This document shows positions 55,914-64,000 of a stretch of DNA of 64,000 bases, piece by piece. Numbering within the stretch: position 1 is the first letter of the stretch; each line of letters opens with the position of its first letter. This stretch comes from Rhodospirillales bacterium (lineage in GTDB: Bacteria; Pseudomonadota; Alphaproteobacteria; Rhodospirillales; 2-12-FULL-67-15). The stretch lies in NCBI GenBank assembly GCA_016872535.1, contig VGZQ01000001.1, positions 65,139 through 129,138 of the forward strand, in the 5' to 3' direction. The translations under genes were made by a program, and so were the position numbers. Under the pieces are notes generated by a model. The model was not told where the DNA came from. It saw only the letters and a list, made by a program, of their open reading frames with translations, and ran no database searches.

Positions 55914-56534
55914 TCAATAGGGCGGGCGGTTGACCGCCACCACCCGCCAGGCGCCGCCCTTGCCGCGAAGCGTGCCGCCGGCGATGCGGTCGAGCCGCGT
56001 GAGCGAAAGGTTGTCGACCGCGACCGCCATCGCCTGTTTCGGATCGAGGCCGAGGGCGAGCGCGACTGCCGCGCGGATCACGCCCCCGTGCGCGACGGCG
56101 ATAACGTCGCCCGCGCGCCCGTCGGAGAAGCGTTCGATCGCCGCCGCCACCCGCGCCGTCAGGGCGGCGAAGCTTTCGCCGCCGGGCGGCGCGAGGCCGA
56201 CCGGATCGGTCCAGAAACGTCTGCTTTCGGCCGGATCGCGCAGGGCGATTTCCTCCCAGGTGTAGCCGGCCCAATCGCCGAAGCTCTGTTCGGAAAAATC
56301 CCTTTCGATGATCAGCGCGGGCGCTATGCGGCCGGCGGCGACGATGGCCGCCGCCGTGTCGCGGGCGCGGGACAAATGGCTCGTCACCCAGACCGCGTCG
56401 GCGGGGAGGACGGCGGCGAGCGCGGCGAACGCGCGCGAATCCGAGGTGTCGCACGGCACGTCCTTCTGGCCGTTCAATTCGCCGCGATGGCCGACCACCG
56501 GCGCGTGCCGCACCCACCACCAGCGGAGATCCAT
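55914..56534 (-). CDS. Histidine-phosphatase-superfamily protein (CobC/alpha-ribazole-phosphatase-like)
   Basis: WWWVRHAPV (RHG-like motif) ...VAHGGVIRAAVA (second His). Confidence 0.7.
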   Translation of the reverse strand: MDLRWWWVRHAPVVGHRGELNGQKDVPCDTSDSRAFAALAAVLPADAVWVTSHLSRARDTAAAIVAAGRIAPALIIERDFSEQSFGDWAGYTWEEIALRDPAESRRFWTDPVGLAPPGGESFAALTARVAAAIERFSDGRAGDVIAVAHGGVIRAAVALALGLDPKQAMAVAVDNLSLTRLDRIAGGTLRGKGGAWRVVAVNRPPY

Positions 56535-56536
56535 GA

Positions 56537-57382
56537 TTACTCCCCCTGCCTCAGCAGCAGCCCGCGCACGCGCGCCACGTCGAACATCTTGAGAAAGAAC
56601 AGCGCCGACAATACCCCGTAGACGGCGTTGAGCAGGACCGCGCCCGCCATCAGCCCGACGCGGAAGCCTTCGCCCAGCAGCACCGAACGCATGCCCTCGA
56701 ACACATAGCCGGTCGGCAGCGCCCAGGCGACGCCCTGCAGCCAGGCGGGGAGCGTCGCCACCGGATAATAGACGCAGGCGATCGGCGCGATCAGGAACAA
56801 GACCGCCCAGCAGATGTTTTCCGCGCCGAGGCCGAAGCGCAAAACGACCGCCGACACGAACAGGCCGACCCACCAGCCCATCACCAGCAGGTTGACGAAG
56901 AAGGCGTAGAGCGGCAGTCCGACCGAGAACACCCAGAAGCCGAAGAACGGCAGCGCCAAAATCGCCGCCGGGACGATGGCGATCAGCGCGCGGGCCGAGC
57001 CGACCAGGACGATGCCCGCCATCATTTCCGTGGGCCGGAGAGGGCTCACGAACAGCTGGCCCAGGTTGCGCGCCCACATTTCCTCCAGGAACGACAGGCC
57101 GACGCCGAGGTTGGTGCGGAACAGCACGTCCCACAGCAGGACGCCGGTGATGAACACCCCCGCCGCCTGCACGATCCAGGACGAATGGGCGACGAAAAAA
57201 TTGGTGATGAACCCCCACACCAGCAGGTTCATCACCGGCCAGTAGAGAAGGTCGATGACCCGCGGCCACGAGCGGCGGAAGACAAAGATATGGCGCAGCG
57301 CGAGCGCGCCCACCCGGCGCCACGAAAACCGCTCCACCGGCGGGAGCGCGAAGTCGTCGGGAACAGGACCGCGCGCGCTCAT
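56537..57382 (-). CDS. ABC-2-type transporter permease
   Basis: About 281 aa with 6 TM segments, after a typical cytoplasmic N-terminus ...RHIFVFRRSWPRVIDLLYWPV. Confidence 0.8.
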   Translation of the reverse strand: MSARGPVPDDFALPPVERFSWRRVGALALRHIFVFRRSWPRVIDLLYWPVMNLLVWGFITNFFVAHSSWIVQAAGVFITGVLLWDVLFRTNLGVGLSFLEEMWARNLGQLFVSPLRPTEMMAGIVLVGSARALIAIVPAAILALPFFGFWVFSVGLPLYAFFVNLLVMGWWVGLFVSAVVLRFGLGAENICWAVLFLIAPIACVYYPVATLPAWLQGVAWALPTGYVFEGMRSVLLGEGFRVGLMAGAVLLNAVYGVLSALFFLKMFDVARVRGLLLRQGE

Positions 57383-57404
57383 GCCACGGATTCCGTCGCG
57401 GATT

Positions 57405-57545
57405 GTCCCTCTCCCGCGCGCGCGGGAGAGGGAGGGGCCCGCCGAAGCCCGGGCGAAGGCGGGAGGGTGAGGGTGGCCCCCTCGCCGCGCGGTCGTTCCC
57501 CCCTCACCCCGACCCTCTCCCCCCGCGAGCGGGGGGAGAGGGAAA
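57405..57545. repeat. GC-rich REP/RIME-like palindromic element (three hairpins) between the ABC ATPase and permease cistrons
   Basis: CCCTCTCCCGCG-cg-CGCGGGAGAGGG (57407-57432). GGGTGAGGG...CCCTCACCC. CCCTCTCCCCCCG-cgag-CGGGGGGAGAGGG (57513-57542). Confidence 0.85.
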
Positions 57546-57563
57546 TTTTTTGAACGCACGGCA

Positions 57564-58403
57564 TCATGCGGCGTCCTCGCCGCCTTTAAATGTTTGCCGC
57601 GAGGATTCGCTCGCGGCGCCCTCCATAGCCGTAGGAGGCCGGACGCCTTCGCGGGCGATGGCGAGAAACACCTCTTCCAGGTTGGCGCGGCCGTAGCGGC
57701 GGATCAGTTCGGCGGGCGCGCCGTCGTCGACGATTTTTCCCGCGCGCATCATCAGCACGCGATCGCAGAGCCGTTCGACCTCGGCCATGTTGTGGGACGC
57801 GATCAGGAGCGTGGCGCCGGTCTCGCGCCGGTAGGCTTCGAGCAAGGATCGCACCCAGTCGCCGCTGTCGGGATCCAGCGACGCGGTCGGTTCGTCCAGC
57901 AGCAAGAGGCGCGGGCGGTTGAGCAGCGCCTTCGCCAGCGACAGCCGGGTCGCTTCCCCGGCGGAAAGCGTGCCGGTGGCGCGATCGAGCAGCGCCTCCA
58001 GGCCCAGGACCGGCGCCAATTCGGCGACGCGCGCCGCGACGCCGGCGACGCCGTAGAGGCGTCCGTAGACGATCAGGTTTTCCCGCACCGAAAGCTTCTT
58101 CGGCATGTCGACGTAGGGCGACGAGAAGTTGATCCACGGTAGGGCGCGATAGCGGTCCGCCACCATGTCGACGCCGAGCACGGTGACCGATCCCGAGGTC
58201 GGCTTCAAGACGCCGAGCAGCATGGCGATGGTGGTCGACTTGCCGGCGCCGTTGCCGCCGAGGAGCGCGGTCGCCGAGCCTTCGGCCACCCGGAACGACA
58301 CGCGGTCGACGGCCGGCGGCGGGATTATTGCGCGCGCCGAGCGCCGCTCAAAATCGAAGCGCTTGACGGCGTTGTCGACGGCGATGATCGAACGCGGGTT
58401 CAT
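57564..58403 (-). CDS. ABC transporter ATP-binding protein (ABC-2 exporter type)
   Basis: Walker A GGNGAGKST, signature LSAGEATRLSLAKAL, Walker B LLLDEPTASLD. Confidence 0.88.
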   Translation of the reverse strand: MNPRSIIAVDNAVKRFDFERRSARAIIPPPAVDRVSFRVAEGSATALLGGNGAGKSTTIAMLLGVLKPTSGSVTVLGVDMVADRYRALPWINFSSPYVDMPKKLSVRENLIVYGRLYGVAGVAARVAELAPVLGLEALLDRATGTLSAGEATRLSLAKALLNRPRLLLLDEPTASLDPDSGDWVRSLLEAYRRETGATLLIASHNMAEVERLCDRVLMMRAGKIVDDGAPAELIRRYGRANLEEVFLAIAREGVRPPTAMEGAASESSRQTFKGGEDAA

Positions 58404-58450
58404 GCGGGCGCAAAACCGGATACGGGATCAAATCGGCGGAACCGGGCGGG

Positions 58451-59776
58451 CTATTTTTCCCGGCCCTTGCCCTTGGCGGCGGGCGGCGGGGCGAGTTCGA
58501 TGCCGTCCGCGCCTTCCGCCTCGCGCTCGATCCGGCGCTTGATCTTGAGCAGGTCGCGCCGGCGGTTGTCTTCGGCGATCAGGTTTTCGATGTAGCGGCC
58601 CTGGTAGAGTTCGATGCCGACCGAGCGGCCGAACTCGATCGCGTCGGCCGAATCGCAACGGCACAGCACCAGGGACTTGCTGGCGCCGTCGAGCAGGCGC
58701 TTGATCTTGTCGCGCCCTTCGGGCTTTTCGGCCATTTCCGGCGTCCAGAACAGCTTGGCCATGTCGGCGCCGAGGCGCTTGCGGTCGATGATGTCGAGGG
58801 TCTGGAAGGTGAGCCCGTCGAGGCAGACGCGGTAGCCCTTGTTCTGCAGGAACTCGCGCGCGAACAGGTAGGTGCCGAGGTCGGAGAAAATATCCTCCTT
58901 CTGCAGCTCGATGATCAGGCTGCCGCGGCGGCCGGCCGAAACGTTGTCGTCGAACGCCATGAATTCGGGCGCGAGCAGCGTGCGGACGTTGACATTGAAG
59001 CTGATGTCGCCGCTGACCGTGAAGCGGTCGGTCTTGGACAAGAGCGCGAGCATGCGCTTGTCCAGGGTTTCGGTCAGGTGCTGGAACAGCCAGCGGTTGG
59101 AGGTGAGGTTGACGCCCGGCAGCAGCGTCTCGCGCAGGTCCTTGATCGAGATGAACAGCTCGCTGAAGATCTGGGTCGTCGAATTGTCTTCGTCGATCGA
59201 GCAGGCGTACTGGCGCCGCACCAGGTTGGAGAGATCGGCGCGCACCAGCGCCGTTTCGATGCGCGCGAGCACGTCGGGGGTCAGCGGCTCGCCCTTTTCC
59301 TGCCGGGCCTTGAGGCGGGAACGGGCGTCCTCGCGGGTTTTCTCCTCGCCGCCGCGCTTCGATTCGGCCTCGTTGGCGGTGCGGGCGGCGTAGAGAATGT
59401 CGTCGTACTGGGTGGCGGCGTCGAGAATGGTGGCGAATTCCTTGCCTTCGGCGCCCTCCTCCGACACCAGCGGGTCCTCGCCGAACAGGTAGCGCAGGCG
59501 CTGGACGACGTTGTCGACCTGAACCTGGATGTCCTTCTTGTAGCAGAAGAAGATGTCGCCGTTGCGCAGCTGGAAAATCTGCCCGTTGGCCGCGCGCACG
59601 ATCGGATCGAAGTTGGCGGCGGCGGTGCGCAGATGGGTGTCGCGGCGGTTGTAAGGCCTGAGCTGCGAGAGATGGAGGTGCAGCATCTTGCGCCCGTCGC
59701 GAATTTTTTCGAGCTGATGCACGTATTCGAGCAGCAGCGCTTCCTGGGGGCGGGCGGCGGGCGGGGCGTTGGCCAT
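58451..59776 (-). CDS. Uncharacterised protein: unknown N-terminal module plus degenerate EAL-like C-terminal domain (paralog A)
   Basis: 441 aa. Motif order SELF..., IIELQKE, LDGLTF, AKLFW, CRCDS, YQGRY mirrors EAL motifs with catalytic residues replaced. Paralogous to the upstream gene. Confidence 0.6.
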   Translation of the reverse strand: MANAPPAARPQEALLLEYVHQLEKIRDGRKMLHLHLSQLRPYNRRDTHLRTAAANFDPIVRAANGQIFQLRNGDIFFCYKKDIQVQVDNVVQRLRYLFGEDPLVSEEGAEGKEFATILDAATQYDDILYAARTANEAESKRGGEEKTREDARSRLKARQEKGEPLTPDVLARIETALVRADLSNLVRRQYACSIDEDNSTTQIFSELFISIKDLRETLLPGVNLTSNRWLFQHLTETLDKRMLALLSKTDRFTVSGDISFNVNVRTLLAPEFMAFDDNVSAGRRGSLIIELQKEDIFSDLGTYLFAREFLQNKGYRVCLDGLTFQTLDIIDRKRLGADMAKLFWTPEMAEKPEGRDKIKRLLDGASKSLVLCRCDSADAIEFGRSVGIELYQGRYIENLIAEDNRRRDLLKIKRRIEREAEGADGIELAPPPAAKGKGREK

Positions 59777-59800
59777 CGGCGATCCTTCTTCCCCCCGGTC

Positions 59801-61045
59801 CTAACCCGTCGCCGCGCCGGCGGCGGCCTTGGCCGCAAGCGCCATGGCGAGCCGGTCGATGAAGTGGCCCTGAAAGCGGGTGACGCCGAGGTTGAGGCCC
59901 CAGCGGATCGCCTGTTCGGTGTCGACGCGGGCGAGAATGACCTGGTCCTTGCCGGCCCGGGCGACGGTTTCGCGCGCCGCCACGATCCGGCTGTCCTGGG
60001 TGTCGCTCTGGAACTCGGGGCCCCAGGTGATCTTGAAGTAATCGGCCTTCAAGAGGCTCGGGTCGAAGAAATAGAGGGCAAGCGGGGTGATGCCGTCCAC
60101 CAGCACGCGGTAGCCGCGCTTCTGCAGCCCTTCGCGCGCGAAGGCGAACGCGTTCATGTCGGCGAAGATGTCGATGATCTGCATTTCGATCACGATGCGG
60201 TTCGCGTTCTTGCCGGCGTTCTGATGGAATTCCTGGAAGTCGCGCCCCAACACCGTGGCGACGTTCATGTTGACGCTGATGGCGTGCCGTTCCGTCAGCC
60301 GTTCGCGCTGCGCGAGCAGCGCGAGCAGCTTGCGGTCGATCACCTCGGTCAGGTATTGGAACAGCCACGGGCTGGAAAACAGATTGACGCCGGGCGCGAT
60401 GCGGTCGCGAAGATCGGCCATGGCGACGTAGTTTTCGCGGAACAGCATGCTCGCCTTGCCGCCGGCGCCGACCTGGACCGCGGGCTGTTCGCGGATCAGG
60501 TCGCTGATGCGGACGGCCTTGAGCTTGCGTTCGATCTCGCCCAGGTTCGTCGACGTCACCGGCGCGCCCTTGGCCGAGGCGCTCTGCACGGCCTCCGCCC
60601 GGCGCGCCGCGGCGACCTGGGCCGCGAGCAGCTGCTCGGCGGTGGCGTAGAAGCGGTCGAAATCGTCCTTGCTGGCGAGGTCGTACCAGGAGACGAAGCG
60701 GTCCTCCATGTCGCCCTCGCCCGACTGCATCAGCGGGTCTTCGCGGAACAGGCCGCGCACCTTCTCGATCGGCTCATCGGTCTGGTCGATCGGCACCTTG
60801 TTGCAGACCAGCACCAAATCGCAGTTGCCGAGGGCGAACAGGGTCGATTGGGTGTTGATGGTGAGCTGATCGAAGGCGCGCTTGGCGATCTCGAGGAAGC
60901 GCGGCTGGCGGTTGCCGGCGCGCAGGCGCGACAGGTGCAGATGCGCGGCGAAATGGTCCCTGGGGTCGTCGGCGATCTTGCGCAGGCGCTCGATCAGCAT
61001 CGCCTCGTCCCCGCCCGCCGCCTGGTTCGATCCCCGTTCCGCCAT
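59801..61045 (-). CDS. Uncharacterised protein: unknown N-terminal module plus degenerate EAL-like C-terminal domain (paralog B)
   Basis: 414 aa from MAERGSNQ. RENY..., VIEMQII, VDGITP, FKITW, ARVDT, FQGHF. N-terminal AHLHLSRLRAGNR aligns with LHLHLSQLRPYNR of paralog A. Confidence 0.6.
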   Translation of the reverse strand: MAERGSNQAAGGDEAMLIERLRKIADDPRDHFAAHLHLSRLRAGNRQPRFLEIAKRAFDQLTINTQSTLFALGNCDLVLVCNKVPIDQTDEPIEKVRGLFREDPLMQSGEGDMEDRFVSWYDLASKDDFDRFYATAEQLLAAQVAAARRAEAVQSASAKGAPVTSTNLGEIERKLKAVRISDLIREQPAVQVGAGGKASMLFRENYVAMADLRDRIAPGVNLFSSPWLFQYLTEVIDRKLLALLAQRERLTERHAISVNMNVATVLGRDFQEFHQNAGKNANRIVIEMQIIDIFADMNAFAFAREGLQKRGYRVLVDGITPLALYFFDPSLLKADYFKITWGPEFQSDTQDSRIVAARETVARAGKDQVILARVDTEQAIRWGLNLGVTRFQGHFIDRLAMALAAKAAAGAATG

Positions 61046-61226
61046 AGCTCCGTCCGCGTCCGCCGATCGATCGCCAGCGCTCAAATGCGCCAGTGTCCGT
61101 CCGAGCCTAATAACATAAGATAAATGGAAGGATAATACCCGGGGGAGAGAAGGGCATTCGGATGAACCTCGTGCGTTTTGCCCGATATTCGCGGGCCTTT
61201 CCGGCGCCCACCCGGCGCCGGGCGCG

Positions 61227-61961
61227 ATGACGCCGATGTCGTCGCGGGCGATCCCCGGCCGCCACCGCCCGCCCGCCGACACGGTCCTTTATGCCGTCGG
61301 CGACGTGCACGGGCGCGCCGACCTGCTGGAGCGGCTGCACGGCGCCATCGTCCGGGACGCGGGCGCCCGGCGGGCGCGGCGGCGCGTGCTGGTCTATCTC
61401 GGCGACTACATCGACCGCGGGCCCGATTCGCGGGGCGTCGTGGCCCGGCTCGCCGGCGACGGCCCGCCCGGGTTCGAGCGGCGTTTCCTGCTCGGCAACC
61501 ACGACGCGTTCATGCGCGATTTCCTCGACGGCGACGACGAGGTGCTCGACCACTGGCTCGCCAACGGCGGGCTGGCGGCGTTGGCGAGCTACGGCGTCGA
61601 CGCCGACGCCGCGCCGGCGGAATTGCGCGCGCGGCTCGCGCGCGCCGTGCCGGCCGCGCATCTCGCTTTTTTGCGCGCCCTCGAGCTTTATCACCGCGAA
61701 GGCGGCCTTTTGTTCGTGCACGCCGGATTCCGCCCCGGCGTCGCGCTCGCCGACCAGACGCCGGAAGACATGATCTGGATCCGCGACCTGTTCCTCCGTT
61801 CGGACCACGACTTCGGCGGCCTCGTCGTCCACGGCCACTCGATAATGTCCGAACCGACGATCCGGCCCAACCGCGTCGGTATCGACACCGGCGCCTGGCG
61901 TTCGGGCACGCTCACCGCCGCCGCGTTCGAGGGCGACGAGCTGGCGTTCCTGCAAACCTGA
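61227..61961 (+). CDS. PPP-family metallophosphoesterase (PrpA/ApaH-like Ser/Thr phosphatase)
   Basis: GDVHG, GDYIDRG, GNHD, ...HAG..., GH motifs in canonical order. Confidence 0.85.
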   Translation: MTPMSSRAIPGRHRPPADTVLYAVGDVHGRADLLERLHGAIVRDAGARRARRRVLVYLGDYIDRGPDSRGVVARLAGDGPPGFERRFLLGNHDAFMRDFLDGDDEVLDHWLANGGLAALASYGVDADAAPAELRARLARAVPAAHLAFLRALELYHREGGLLFVHAGFRPGVALADQTPEDMIWIRDLFLRSDHDFGGLVVHGHSIMSEPTIRPNRVGIDTGAWRSGTLTAAAFEGDELAFLQT

Positions 61962-62029
61962 CGTTTGCAAACCTGACGGGCGTTGTTGCGCCCGCGATCC
62001 CTGTGCTAGGGTCCGCGCCGGGGCATTCC

Positions 62030-62980
<951 letters not shown>

Positions 62981-63086
62981 CGGTTAACCATAACCGCGCC
63001 CCGGCGCGCGACCGCGTTTCCCGGGAACCCTAGGGAACAACGAGATTTTTTGTCATTTCCGGCGGGGCGGAGTAAAACTAGACCCC

Positions 63087-64000
63087 ATGCTGCAAGTGAT
63101 TCAGAACGCCCGCGGCGGACGCCTCGCGCTCTGCGACGTGCCCGAGCCGAAAGTGCGCCCCGGGCACATCCTGGTGCGCACGCGCGCCTCGCTCATTTCC
63201 GCCGGCACCGAGCGCATGGTGGTCGCCTTCGCCCGCAAAAGCCTCGCCGCCAAGGCCGCCGAGCGCCCCGACCTGGTGCGCAAGGTGATCGCCAAGGCGC
63301 GCCGCGACGGCGTCGCCGCCGCCTGGCGCGCGGTCACCGCCCGGCTCGACGAGCCGATCCCGCTCGGCTATTCCGCCGCCGGCGAAGTGATCGCGGTCGG
63401 CGAGGGACTCGAAGGACGGTTCGCGGTCGGCGGCCGCGTCGCCGTCGCCGGCGCGGGCGTCGCCAACCACGCCGAGGTCAACATCGTTCCCGCGCACCTC
63501 GCCGCCCCAGTCCCCGAAGGCGTCGCCGACGAGCACGCGGCGTTCGCGACCGTGGGCGCGATCGCGCTGCACGCGGTGCGCAACGCGAACGTTTCGCTCG
63601 GCGATACGGTCGCGGTGATCGGCGTCGGCCTGATCGGCCAGCTCGCGGCCCAACTCGTTCGGCTTTCGGGCGGTCGCGCCGTCGCCCTCGACCCCGACGC
63701 CGGCCGGCGCGAACTCGCGCTCCGGCTCGGCGCCGAAGCCGCCCTCGATCCCGACGCCCCCGATCTCGACCAGCGCGTCGCCGCGCTCACCGACGGACTG
63801 GGCTGCGATTCGATCCTGATCGCGGCGGCGACGGATTCGGATGCGCCCATGCGCGCCGCCGCGCGCGTCGCCCGCGACCGCGCCCGCGTCGTCCTGGTCG
63901 GCCTGACCGGAACCGAATTCCCCCACGCCGACTTCATGAAAAAGGAGCTGTCGATCGTGGTGTCGCGCTCCTACGGTCCCGGACGCTACGATCCCGATTT
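63087..64000 (+). CDS. Zinc-type alcohol-dehydrogenase-like domain of a probable bi-domain oxidoreductase; runs off the window
   Basis: My own translation from ATG 63087: MLQVIQNARGGRLALCDVPEPKVRPGHILVRTRASLISAGTERM...VIGVGLIGQLAAQL... Open to the window end. Not in the ORF track because it has no stop within the window. Confidence 0.7.
   Translation, partial: MLQVIQNARGGRLALCDVPEPKVRPGHILVRTRASLISAGTERMVVAFARKSLAAKAAERPDLVRKVIAKARRDGVAAAWRAVTARLDEPIPLGYSAAGEVIAVGEGLEGRFAVGGRVAVAGAGVANHAEVNIVPAHLAAPVPEGVADEHAAFATVGAIALHAVRNANVSLGDTVAVIGVGLIGQLAAQLVRLSGGRAVALDPDAGRRELALRLGAEAALDPDAPDLDQRVAALTDGLGCDSILIAAATDSDAPMRAAARVARDRARVVLVGLTGTEFPHADFMKKELSIVVSRSYGPGRYDPD

Noticed and set aside
61107-61970. 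287-aa minus-strand ORF opposite the PPP phosphatase gene, and the N-terminal extension (61046-61282) of EAL-like paralog B.
   Set aside because: The + strand frame has the full GDVHG/GDYIDRG/GNHD motif set. The paralog alignment places the start of paralog B at MAERGSNQ (61045).

Overview
GC-rich, densely coding chromosomal segment with alphaproteobacterial gene order: chvI-chvG-hprK with pckA divergent, ffs-dnaX...ybaB-recR, def-fmt-truA, dapE-dapD, gltBD and yejABEF. I call about 62 CDS and one SRP RNA. I saw no tRNA, rRNA, CRISPR array, transposase or integrase. Most long ORFs in the six-frame track are antisense or out-of-frame shadows typical of high-GC DNA; calls rest on recognisable protein motifs, start context and gene-to-gene coupling.

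Most of the window is housekeeping: Fe3+-type ABC importer, ahcY, a permease-less regulatory PTS string, pckA, trkH, gltBD, uppP, yejABEF, kdsB-pheA, nudC, dnaX, recR, rmuC, nupC, def-fmt-truA, dapED and cobD.

Small accessory or unusual islets:
1. Two tandem paralogous proteins (58451-61045) with a degenerate EAL-like C-terminal half and an unrecognised N-terminal module. They head a co-directional string with an ABC-2 exporter and a histidine phosphatase, and sit divergent from a PPP-family phosphatase. This is my best candidate for an uncharacterised system.
2. A hicBA cassette inserted between yejF and a ghrA-like gene, flanked by a 42-bp duplication of the ghrA 5' end.
3. A hemerythrin-receiver fusion gene splitting the dnaX / ybaB-recR unit.
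4. A strongly AT-rich ~90-bp island with palindromes upstream of an orphan 154-aa ORF.
5. Two parDE modules, each with a perfect 15-bp palindrome at the same distance from parD.
6. An orphan higA, and an odd intergenic region with 3 x 21-bp tandem repeats.
7. GC-rich REP-like hairpins between two cistrons of an ABC exporter.

All functional names come from motif recognition by eye. No database search was run, so family assignments and novelty claims need HMM/BLAST or structure confirmation.
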